This document shows positions 51,781 to 60,975 of a DNA stretch of 64,000 nucleotides, piece by piece. Below the pieces are notes generated by a model. The model was given only the letters and a program-made list of their open reading frames with translations, was not told the DNA's origin and searched no databases. The translations under genes were made by a program, and so were the position numbers. Numbering within the stretch: position 1 is the stretch's first letter; each line of letters opens with the position of its first letter. This DNA comes from an uncultured Verrucomicrobiae bacterium (lineage in GTDB: Bacteria > Verrucomicrobiota > Verrucomicrobiia > Chthoniobacterales > JAFAMB01). Location of the stretch: contig CAWAIK010000003.1 in the NCBI GenBank assembly GCA_963782115.1, forward strand, positions 288,001 through 352,000, written 5' to 3'.

Positions 51781-52920
51781 TTAGAGCTTACTATGTTGCT
51801 CCGCCCGGCTTTTCGGCCTGAACCGCTTATTTATCGAGCGAAGCAATGTGATCGGGCTGTACAACAGGGTTCGCAATTGAGCGTTGTACCAAATGTTCCA
51901 GGCTCGCCCCCACTGGAGCTTGTGGTCCAATAGCGTTTTGTCCATTTTCACATCGCCGCTCGTGCCAAGTTGTTCCGCCAGCGCCGTAAGCACATACGTC
52001 CATATCCCATCCTGAAGTTTGGAACCGGCGAGCCGAAACGCCAACTCATAGAGCGGGTCCCCGGCACGGGCCAAGACCTGAACCTGCGCAAAGGTGAACC
52101 CCTCCTCAACGTAGGAACTAAAGGTTACCCAACCTGCTTCGGGATGCCCGGCTGGCGTCATCAGTGTGAACGACTCGGCTCCCGCGTACAACACCATCAC
52201 GCCGGTGGAGATCGGTCCTCCCGGCGTCTGGGCATCGATTAGCACCAGCGCGTTTGGTGTGATGCCAACGGAAGCGGGATAAAAGAGCTTTTTCGGCGGC
52301 TTTAGTTTAGGCACACTCAGCTTCCAGGCGGCGATAACCTCTTGCGGGGTCAAATTGGTGTTGCGAAGAGCGATGCGATAGGTTTTTTGCCATAGTTGGC
52401 CGAAACCCTGTAGCGGTCCGAATAGTCGCCGACCCTCGACGTTCAAGTTACGCGCGCCGGCAGGGATTTCCGTTATGTTGAGGCGCTCAACAGGCTCAGC
52501 CCAAGCATCCATGGCACGGTTAGTCACAGTAAATTGAGTAGGCGCGACAGGGCGGGTCGGAGCGGCTGGCGGCACGCCCGGCATGTCCAAAAGGTCATGC
52601 GCGGCTTGCAGGGCATCGGCTTCGGAAGCATAGACGGTAATTCCTTGGTTCAGCTGCGCAACCTCGAAAATCTTCTGGTATCCCGCGTTCAATCCCACAA
52701 CAAATAGACGCTGCCTCGCCGCCTTGCAACGTGCGAGGAGCGCTACGACCGACTTAATCCCGCTGCTGTTCTTGTACACCAAACGGCTGAAATTGAGGAC
52801 CAGTACACGTGCACCATTGCTGCTGGCTTGTTCGGAGGCGTTAAGCAGCGCGTCCTGGACTGACGACGTGAGCTCGCCCGCCAGATCAATGATGTAGACG
52901 TGCGCAAACGCTTTACGCAC
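51781..52920 (-). CDS. STAS (anti-sigma factor antagonist) domain fused to a DUF1990-like domain
   Basis: IIDLAGEL, LNFSRLVYKNSSGI, KIFEVAQL; Pro-rich linker; GPLQGFGQLWQKTY, FTLMTPAGHPEAGWVTFS, DPLYEL. Confidence 0.7.
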   Translation of the reverse strand: MRKAFAHVYIIDLAGELTSSVQDALLNASEQASSNGARVLVLNFSRLVYKNSSGIKSVVALLARCKAARQRLFVVGLNAGYQKIFEVAQLNQGITVYASEADALQAAHDLLDMPGVPPAAPTRPVAPTQFTVTNRAMDAWAEPVERLNITEIPAGARNLNVEGRRLFGPLQGFGQLWQKTYRIALRNTNLTPQEVIAAWKLSVPKLKPPKKLFYPASVGITPNALVLIDAQTPGGPISTGVMVLYAGAESFTLMTPAGHPEAGWVTFSSYVEEGFTFAQVQVLARAGDPLYELAFRLAGSKLQDGIWTYVLTALAEQLGTSGDVKMDKTLLDHKLQWGRAWNIWYNAQLRTLLYSPITLLRSINKRFRPKSRAEQHSKL

Positions 52921-53149
52921 GCTGATTGTCGCAGTTTCTTGTGAGATAGGCTCAGCCTCCGAACGATACGCACATTACTGCACGTCGTTGCATTTTCAAA
53001 GCTTCCAATAGATAAAAGAGAAGCCAAAAAGGCCGGTCTACAAAGTGAAATTTTAGAACGCGAATCCTCCCCGCACAGAAGCCTAAGTAGCGTGACGGTA
53101 TCGGGTTCGAACTCTCTGCCTATTTCGTAAAAGTTGGACTCCCCAGCCT

Positions 53150-53300
53150 AAGGGGATGTACGCACCAGTATCCGTATTTCGCGCCCGTCACAATTCCGTC
53201 GAACGGTGCCCGGACGATCTTAAACGCTTCCAGCACCTCCAGCCGGTTCACGTTAGCTTGGTCCGCGATTACGGTTCCTTGATTTTCTCAATGATCGTTA
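53150..53300 (-). pseudogene. Internal fragment of an efflux periplasmic adaptor gene
   Basis: Manual translation gives ADQANVNRLEVLEAFKIVRAPFDGIVTG. Confidence 0.6.
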
Positions 53301-53309
53301 TCGATTCTT

Positions 53310-53666
53310 TCAGTGTCGATCTCGCGCGCTCGGCGGCTTAGCTTTGTAGAAGATCGCTTGCACCTTTTCCAATGTGATCAACCCGTCCCCGACAATGGCT
53401 TCGACCGCCACAAGGAACGCTTGAATCTTCTCCTCCGTATCAACGATCTCAATGACAATCGGCAAATCCATGGAAACATGGAAAGTGGCGCTTGCATGCA
53501 GATGGCTTGATCTTCCGAATCCAAGAGGACCACGCAGCACCGTGGCTCCTGCTAGATTCATTTCGCGCGCTTTGAGCACAATGTTTCGAAACACCGGCTC
53601 TTCCTCCAGCTCGTCGCCCTCACCTAGAAATATTCTCAATAGTAATGCATCTCTGGTAAGTTCCAT
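53310..53666 (-). CDS. DUF190 domain protein (PII-like)
   Basis: LLRIFLGEGD, LAGATVLRG..GFG, DLPIVIEIVDTEEKI, GLITLEKV. Confidence 0.92.
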   Translation of the reverse strand: MELTRDALLLRIFLGEGDELEEEPVFRNIVLKAREMNLAGATVLRGPLGFGRSSHLHASATFHVSMDLPIVIEIVDTEEKIQAFLVAVEAIVGDGLITLEKVQAIFYKAKPPSARDRH

Positions 53667-53786
53667 ATATAAGTTTATCTAGCGATGGAGCGAATCTTCT
53701 TCGGGTGCTTTTTTCCAAGCATCGTTGCGTCCATACTCATAAAATTTCTTTTCGTGCCGCTTCGATTTCAGCGACTATCAATTCCT

Positions 53787-54139
53787 GCTAGTGCACCGTC
53801 TCGCATATAATGGTGATGGCGTTGCGTTCGAAATGGGCCGTCGGCAAGGCGGTCCGAGCCGGACTGGCGGTAGGAGGGCGCATCCCGCACCAGTTTTTGC
53901 GATTGTGCCGCTCCGGTTTTGCGCAGCGCTTATCAAAAACTGGTGCGGGACGTAACCGACGAGCAACGCAGCCGCCGGCCCATTTTCAACGCAACCCTCC
54001 GGGCCGCGGCCGGTTGGCTGTTTTTCCGCGTTGCTCGCTCGACCCGTATGACTCAGATATGGGCGCTTCGCTCGCGCCTTGAAAAACAGCCAACTGACCT
54101 GCGGCGACATCACCATTATATGCGAGACGGTGCACTAGC
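53787..54139. mobile_element. MITE with 32-bp perfect terminal inverted repeats (target bases included)
   Basis: GCTAGTGCACCGTCTCGCATATAATGGTGATG at 53787-53818 and its exact reverse complement at 54108-54139; no transposase inside. Confidence 0.9.
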
Positions 54140-54179
54140 GCGAAAATCTCGCGAGCGCTTTGCTCGAGAGATTTTCGGG

Positions 54180-54600
54180 CTAGGACGCTTGGAACAATAG
54201 GAACATTACCAGAACAATGAGCAGCGACGAAAGGGCGTAAGCGGCATAGGCGTTAAAGCGTCCGTGATGCATAGCCGCCAGCACGCCAGCACACCAAAAC
54301 GCAGCTAGTTGGGTCGGTCGAAAAACCAGCTTCTCTATGAGATGGACACGCTCTTTTTCGCGCCGGATGGGCGACGCGAAAATGTTCCGCCACCGTCTCA
54401 CGGGTGTCCTCGACCGTCGTGGGTTGAAACACCGCATCGAAAATCACCCGCACCGGATTGGAAAAACCCGTCGCTGTGTAGGTCATCTCGGGTAACAGGC
54501 GTCTCACACCTCCGTACCATCGCGGATGACGCGCTAGTTGATGGGTTAACCACAAACGGACGATCACGTAAGTGAGAACCAGCAAGATCACGATCGCCAA
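54180..54600 (-). pseudogene. Frameshifted C-terminal remnant of a hydrogenase-4 component B (HyfB)-like membrane subunit
   Basis: WYGGVRRLLPEMTYTATGFSNPVRVIF, then in a second frame MHHGRFNAYAAY. Confidence 0.7.
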
Positions 54601-55076
54601 AAATAGCGTGGAACCTTCGTCTTGTAGCGCCGGTATTCGTCGCCAAACTTTCGTTCCAGGTAACGCTCCTCACGTAGGATGATGCCGTAATGCACGAGCG
54701 GCAGACTAAACACCAAGAGCAGCGGAACCCAATCGAGGGCGCAACCGATGGCGATGCCGAGGAGCGCGATACTGCCGCCGACGTACATTGGATTTCGCGT
54801 CCAGGTGAACATACCCGTGGTCGCAAGCGCCAATGTCGGCTGCGACGGTCGAACGTTTGTGCCGATGCGCCGAAAAATGCGATTTGCCCCGATCACCATT
54901 CCAAGGCCGACGACGAACGCAACAATGCCGACTACGATCCTTACCTGGCGGGGAACATGATTGAGCAGATTCGACGGCACAACGAAGTTGAGGATAATTC
55001 CCACTACCAGAACCGAGAGCGGAATCAACGGTGGAAAGACGATGACGCCTGGGGTATCACTGGAATTGTCTGTCAT
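54588..55076 (-). CDS. Isoprenylcysteine carboxylmethyltransferase family protein
   Basis: GTNVRP, TGMFTWTRNPMY, REERYLERKFGDEYRRYKTKVPR. Confidence 0.92.
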   Translation of the reverse strand: MTDNSSDTPGVIVFPPLIPLSVLVVGIILNFVVPSNLLNHVPRQVRIVVGIVAFVVGLGMVIGANRIFRRIGTNVRPSQPTLALATTGMFTWTRNPMYVGGSIALLGIAIGCALDWVPLLLVFSLPLVHYGIILREERYLERKFGDEYRRYKTKVPRYFWRS

Positions 55077-55479
55077 GGCGTTCAGTATATACAGAGCAGC
55101 GGCAAAGTTCCGATCCTAGATGAAGGGATCCGCAATGGCGACATCAACTTCTCTCGACAGCACCACCTGAGAGAGTTGGATTCCTGATCTAGAGCTTTCC
55201 ACAATGCCTGAAGGGCGTGCGGATATCGTATTGCATTCTTCCTAGATGGTCGCCTCCCTAAATCGACGCACCGGGACACACAGACTTTTTCATCGCACTG
55301 TCCCGGATGCGAGAGGATTTCGTCAAAGCGTGTTCCAAGGCTTCGCCCTTCCCGTCGAATGATTTCTGCGCAGGCGCCGGGATCGCAAAGCCCCAAACGC
55401 CGAAGAGCGAGCGAAACTCTGCAACCCCAAGCGTTTCTTCTTCACAAATAGGCGCCCTCTTTATAGGAGTTGTATCTCC

Positions 55480-56436
55480 ATGAGAAGCTTAAGACTGCTT
55501 TCGTTGTGCCTCGCATTCTTCTTGCAGGGCGCTTCTTACGCTAATGAAAAGCTTGTTATCTTTGGGGACAGTCTCTCGGATAACGGGAACGCGTTAGCTG
55601 CGACCGGAGGGGCTTTCCCTTCCTCGCCCTATGGCCATACCTACGACCAGTCAGGAAAGGATTTAGGAGACACTTTTCCGGGTCGATTTACTGACGGCCA
55701 GAACTGGGTGGACTATTTTCCCGGAGTCGCTGAATCTTTTGGCGTCGATGTCTCACCGGTGACCGCTTATTTCCAGAATGCGCAAGATGTTAATGCGACG
55801 AACTTTGCAGTTGGCGGAGCAACATCTGGGGACAGCAACGTGTTCATCAAATCTCTTCCAGGCTTCCAGACTCAAATCCTCACCTACTTACAAGCGGTCG
55901 GGGGACAAGCCTCCCCTGATGACTTGTATTTTATCTGGATAGGGGCAAATGATTTTAAAGCGGGAATTGACCCGGCTCAAACGGTAGCAAATATCAAGCA
56001 TGGAATCGCTGAGCTTTCAGGCAAAGGAGCGAGACACTTCGTTGCCGTTAACATCCCGGATCTGTCGCTGACTCCTCAGGTGAAAGCACTTGGCGGAGCA
56101 GCAATCCTGGCAGCGAAGCGTTTTGTATCAACCGCAAATGTTTTGCTTGAAGTCGAGCTTCTGCAATTTGCCTTTCTTCATGGAATCAGCATCGAAGTTG
56201 TGGATACCAACGCGATTTTCGTCCCGCTGGTCTACAACCCTTGCAGGTTTGGCTTCACAAACAGCGTCGGCGCTGCCCTCAATCTTACGACCGGCGCTAT
56301 CGTATCAGACCCGAATGATTACGTCTTCTGGGATGGATTCCATCCAACCACCAACGCACATCACATCGCGGCTGAGTTTATCTTCAAAATTGCATTTTTG
56401 AGACGCCACTTCCACGAGTTATTGTCGATCCGATAA
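55480..56436 (+). CDS. Secreted SGNH/GDSL hydrolase
   Basis: FGDSLSDNGN, GRFTDG, NFAVGGA, WIGANDF, FWDGFHPT; SD AGGAG. Confidence 0.93.
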   Translation: MRSLRLLSLCLAFFLQGASYANEKLVIFGDSLSDNGNALAATGGAFPSSPYGHTYDQSGKDLGDTFPGRFTDGQNWVDYFPGVAESFGVDVSPVTAYFQNAQDVNATNFAVGGATSGDSNVFIKSLPGFQTQILTYLQAVGGQASPDDLYFIWIGANDFKAGIDPAQTVANIKHGIAELSGKGARHFVAVNIPDLSLTPQVKALGGAAILAAKRFVSTANVLLEVELLQFAFLHGISIEVVDTNAIFVPLVYNPCRFGFTNSVGAALNLTTGAIVSDPNDYVFWDGFHPTTNAHHIAAEFIFKIAFLRRHFHELLSIR

Positions 56437-56610
56437 CGACGCTTGGTTTGCCCCCTGCGGGAGCAACGAAGCGGAACGCCCGACTCCACCAACCGTGCAG
56501 TCGGTAAGAGGCGCACTAAGAACATGGAAACCTACCTGAAGTCCTGAAGTGAATTCGCCGCCTAGGGAATTAGCGAAGCTTCACCAATGTTTCACTTCTG
56601 GAGCTTTCCG

Positions 56611-57546
56611 CTACACCAGCGACCGTCCTGCTATTTCTTCCAGTTTCCGGAGAGGCGACTTCTCAGGAGAAAGGAGTCCACTCACCGGGATAATCAGGGT
56701 TTGTTCCAAAGCGAGACGACCGGAAAGAACGGCGTGCGGGACGGCATCGGTAAAAACTATCCATGTCGAAAACGGCGGAAAGTCTGTGCACAATTTTGTG
56801 CCCTCTCGCTGAAAATCGGCGTTCTCCTTAAGATAATCATGGAAGCGCAACATAAATTGGTCATAAGGCGCTCGGTTGGACCCGGGGATTCGGAATAAAT
56901 GTTGAAGGGGAGTGATAAGCTTACGGACCACACCCGTCGGCGCGGAGGCGCGCTGAGCGATTTTTTTCAGACCTGCATCCTTTGAATAACGCTTTGCGAT
57001 CTCAGGGAAGTGATCTCCTGTCAGCCACGTTCTAGGCTTTGCTGGGTTAATATTCGTAAAGCAGCGCAGTATTCTTGCGCCGCGCGTTGGCCGACCGGGA
57101 AAAGCATCTACGTGGAGTAAGTCATTACGTTTGTGAAGAGGTAGATTACGTCCTTGCTCTTCCAGCGGGCGGAAGCTGGCGAAGTCCAGTTTCCAATAAG
57201 GTGCATAGGGAGCAACGAGTTGCGAAAGAAACTTTACGACCTGCTCGGAATAATTGCGCATCACTTGGTGCAAATGCTCTACCTCCTCCCGCGCTTCTGC
57301 GGCAAAGCCACGCAATTCGTCCCGGTGGGGACGATAGGAGATATTCTTGTGAAGCGATGAACCGCTCTGTTGTTGCGAACTCAGAAAGTGGAGGTCGGCT
57401 TGAGGTAAGTCGAACGGGATACCCTTCAGCAAAAGGACATGTCCGTCTTCGAGTTGCGAGCAACACCAGAGCGCGCGTTCCTCGCTACCTTTCAAATTGC
57501 GCCATCCCTGCGGGTACGAAAAATCGTCTACCGTTATGAGAGACAT
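56611..57546 (-). CDS. kdoO: Kdo hydroxylase family protein
   Basis: KNISY, ASFRP, LLHVDAFPGRPTRGARILRCFTNINP, YDQFMLRFHDYLK, WIVFTDAVPHAVLSG. Confidence 0.85.
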   Translation of the reverse strand: MSLITVDDFSYPQGWRNLKGSEERALWCCSQLEDGHVLLLKGIPFDLPQADLHFLSSQQQSGSSLHKNISYRPHRDELRGFAAEAREEVEHLHQVMRNYSEQVVKFLSQLVAPYAPYWKLDFASFRPLEEQGRNLPLHKRNDLLHVDAFPGRPTRGARILRCFTNINPAKPRTWLTGDHFPEIAKRYSKDAGLKKIAQRASAPTGVVRKLITPLQHLFRIPGSNRAPYDQFMLRFHDYLKENADFQREGTKLCTDFPPFSTWIVFTDAVPHAVLSGRLALEQTLIIPVSGLLSPEKSPLRKLEEIAGRSLV

Positions 57547-57629
57547 GGTGTTGATCCTGGGATCTGATCCCGGACAACTAACCTAGCCCAACCTGCGTCA
57601 GCAGTTCCAGCTTTTCCTTGCGTTGCAAC

Positions 57630-59564
57630 CAGCGCCAATTCATGAGAGTCGTTTGAGGTTGGGATATTTGCTCAAGGCTAGGCAGAGTGCCGGACGGTGG
57701 TGGTCTTCGGACAAGGCGGATTGGAAATCGGTGGTGGTGACATGGTCTGGGCGTCGCTTGTACCCACTCCATTGCATGAAGAGGCTATTGCTCAAGCGCA
57801 GGATCATTCCGAGAACCAACATAGCGTTGTCGTTGCGCACCCGGCAGCGGTCGTCGTTGTGGGAGATATCCAAGCGCTGATGCAAACCGCTCTCGATGCC
57901 CCAGGCATCCCGGTTCAGACGCATCCAGTTTGTCGCATGGAGTCGTGAGGCCTCGACACTGGTGATCAGCGCCACCAGTTCGTCTTTGCGTCCTTCGGTC
58001 TGGCGCAACAGCAGAGCAGCCTGCTCGGCCAATGGGAAGCAGACCTGTTCACCGGTGACTGGCGCGGTGACAATACTGCGGCTTTCTTTGCGGCTTTTGT
58101 TGATTTCCTGCACGCGAGCCTTGGTGGGCGTCGGCTCATGAGGGGGGAAAATCGCCCTGAGGGGCGGCAACGAGGGTTTCGATCTGTTCGCGCACGGTGG
58201 GTTGATTCCCTTTGACTGTTAGCAGATAATCGGCCCCGTGTTCCAAGACCAGCGCGCGCGCGGTTTCGTCCTGGGTGTGTAAGGCGTCCAACGAGACCAA
58301 CCGGCCTTCGAGCTCCAGGCGATTAAATAACTCTCGCGCCACGGGAATCTCGTTGGTCTTTGGTCGACCAGTGCACTGCCCAAGTAATGCTGGCTCGGTA
58401 CGGTGACCGCGCTCAAAATCGAGGCGCCGCTGCCGTGCCTGGGTTCCTTGCCATCCAGTACGATCAATTGATCTTTGGGCGCCGAGCCGCGCATTTGCTC
58501 CTGGATGGCTAAAATGACTTCCTCCACCCTACGGGCATCGACCCGCTGGAGCAGACGGCAAAAGGTCGGCTGTGTCGGAGCAGGATACTTGCCTTTTGGG
58601 TTACGCCGGATGCCAAGAGCCCGGCGTTGCGCTTGGCTCAAGCCCCGCGCAAACTTGGCGATATCCTTTTGCCCGCGCGGAGCACCGCAGAGAGTGGCTA
58701 AAAGAAGGATCGTTAACATCGACCACAGCGGATAGGACTCGAAGCGCCCGCGAAAGTCTGGCACGGCCTTGAAGTGTTCGACCATCGAGCGGATTTCCTT
58801 CACCGTACGCGTGCAGGGTGGCGACACCTTTTGTTCGACCACCGCCAACGCTGGCTTGAGATGTTCGGCCTGAAGACTGCGGCGGGCGTTTTTGAACAGT
58901 TGGCGGCAGAAGAGGCGTTTGGGCTGGTCGTGTTTAACGTAGTAATCGCGCCGATGACGGCCCCAGCCGTCGGTCTGGCCCAGTTCGCTCCAGCCGCTGG
59001 CCGAATAAACTGTACCGCAAAACTGGGCAACATCGACGAAGGTTTCGACCACCAACACCGGATGGCCGTAAGAGCTCTGCCAATCGGTGGGAAGGCGATC
59101 CAGGGTCAGGCGCAGCACCTTGCTCGCCAGGTTGGGCACGGAGCGCTCGGGCAGGATAAGGAAGCGGCTGTTGTTAGTCACCAGGCTCAGGCGACGGTGG
59201 CGTTGAGCAGCGCTCCATCCGATCCATTGGTCGCGATGCTTGAGGTGCTTGGCTGGAGCGCTGAAGACCAGCAAGGCCAGCCATTGACCTTGGGCATCGG
59301 TGGCCACGTAGTGGAGGCGTTCGCCCACCGCTTTGAGGCTTCCCAGATAGTGATGCTCATCGAGCAATTGTTTGAAACGCTCCAGTTCGGCGCGCTCCAC
59401 AAGCCGCACTTGGACTTGGTCTAATAAGGCTTGTTGGTCGCAGTTAGGCAGTCGCAGAGTTTTACTCACGCCCGCGAGGATAAAAAATTGCTAAACAAAT
59501 GTCCCGCAAAAAGATTCTTCTTCCTCTCACTAAACGACATACCCACCGCCAGGCATTGGCCCTG
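57630..59564 (-). mobile_element. ISAs1-family insertion sequence; transposase with N-terminal DUF4338 domain split over three frames (59469 to 57640)
   Basis: Imperfect TIR CAGGGCCAATGC / CAGCGCCAATTC; 9-bp target duplication CGTTGCAAC at 57621-57629 and 59565-59573; VLDGK, DALHTQ, YLLTVKGNQP, WGIESGLH. Confidence 0.92.
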
Positions 59565-59573
59565 CGTTGCAAC

Positions 59574-59815
59574 CCGCCGTTTGCAGTTCGTAGTCTTTGA
59601 TCGCTCCAGCGACTCGATTTCAATGCTTATGTCCGCCTTCTTAGTGATCTCCGCGATGGCGGTATCCAACGCCCTTTGGTGAAAATTTCGCCCAGACGGG
59701 TAGCGGAGCCTCTTGGATGACATTTCCTTTTTGGGTCTTTACCGACTCCAGTCCGAGCACTTTACGAAGCTGCTCTAGCGAAATCCTCTTAGTTCCGACC
59801 GCGACGTACACTCCG
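59574..59815 (-). pseudogene. Frameshifted fragment of a plasmid-type replication initiator (Rep_3/RepB-like), interrupted by the ISAs1
   Basis: KRISLEQLRKVLGL...LPVWA / NFHQRALDTAIAEITKKADISIE. Confidence 0.55.
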
Positions 59816-59999
59816 GAAGAAGGATGAATGGTGCGCGATGCAGGTTTGAACCTGCGCCTTTCCCTCAAGAAGCGCACCCTATCACCGCTAAGTCACCACT
59901 ACCGAATGCGCTTCGCCTTTTGGGTGGGTTGCGAGGTAATCGTCCAGCTCCATCTTGGTGAAAGCCCAATGACGAGGCGGGTGCCGCTCAATGCCTGGG

Positions 60000-60125
60000 A
60001 ATACTCCCCAGGATGGCGTCTTGTTTGGAATGACCGGGGCTCGGAAGTCGATGTTTATCGCACATCTATTGGCACGGATTGGGCCTCGGTTCGGGTTCCG
60101 GTTAATCGTTGAAGAAGGATTGTCG
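60000..60125 (+). pseudogene. Possible fragment of a VirB4-like ATPase with degenerate Walker A
   Basis: PQDGVLFGMTGARKS...LIVEEGLS. Confidence 0.3.
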
Positions 60126-60434
60126 AAATGCGGTTCTTACGCAGACGGAAGGTGCGGTTCAGCTAACAAGATGCAACGAGGTTGGGCGTTGAGTTTCGTT
60201 CTTCAAAAACCATTTGATGATGTGGACGCCGCGCCTGGTACTGAACCCAACCCATACCAACACACTGTGGATGCCATGCACAACATTGTCGGGCGTTTTG
60301 ATCCCACTGAATCGTTTCCAAAGCTCCATCATTGATGGCCGGAATTAGGCTGTCAGTTTAGTGCAGGTGTAAACTTAAACTCGAGCCGACAGAGTGAAAG
60401 GGTAGTTACTTTGTCAGCTTTGTTGGATTTAGCC

Positions 60435-60674
60435 CTAATAGAAATAATCCGGATCAGGGTCGAAATTCCCGTTACTGAAATTTATCGAATCGTCAACTCG
60501 CTCTCTTTGGTCATAATCCCTTGATGCTGGGAGCAAGCGATCCTGATCGCCAGGGAATCCAGCTGTTTTATAGTTGTTCTGGGCACATCCCAGCACGAAA
60601 ACGAACGCGATTAAGAGGCAGCAATAGGCTCGACGCATAGGAGTAAAACTCTGCGATTTGAATGCTCTTCGCAC
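60435..60674 (-). CDS. Small putative lipoprotein
   Basis: Hydrophobic stretch LLIAFVFVLGC with lipobox followed by a short polar tail. Confidence 0.5.
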   Translation of the reverse strand: MRRAFKSQSFTPMRRAYCCLLIAFVFVLGCAQNNYKTAGFPGDQDRLLPASRDYDQRERVDDSINFSNGNFDPDPDYFY

Positions 60675-60837
60675 GCAAAAACCGCGTCGCAGCGGCGCTT
60701 TTGTAGCTTCCTATGGCAAAACGATCCAAGAAAAACAGGGTGGCGAGTAGCAGGCTTTCGACAAAGTCACTACGCAAACGAGGCGCTCAAACATCCGCCA
60801 TCCTGGTGTTGTAACGATTCGCTTTGGGGACTGCTCC

Positions 60838-60975
60838 GAATGGCTCGAAGATAAGGGCGATTTGGGATGGTTCTTCACCCCGAAGGGGTTGAGAGGACTC
60901 AGCCCGGGGTTTCAACCCTGGTTTCAACCCCGGGAAGGCCGCCCCTCGGCGGCGCGCTGAAAGGGCGCCAGATGG
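60838..60975. repeat. Palindromic repeat of the same family as the outer arms of the RAYT locus
   Basis: ATAAGGGCGATTTGGGATGGTTCTTC...CCGAAGG...CAGCCCGGGGTTTCAACCCTG resembles 8971-9035 and the reverse complement of 10210-10280. Confidence 0.8.

Noticed and set aside
53667..53786. Fluoride riboswitch upstream of the DUF190 gene
   Set aside because: The only similar string (GCGATGGAG) is on the wrong strand and lacks the rest of the motif; there is no crcB gene here.
55082..55396. 104-aa minus-strand ORF upstream of the ICMT gene
   Set aside because: No recognisable motif or convincing start; it may be decayed sequence.
58860..59469. Druantia anti-phage system
   Set aside because: The DUF4338 domain is part of an IS transposase bounded by TIRs and a target duplication; no other Druantia genes are present.
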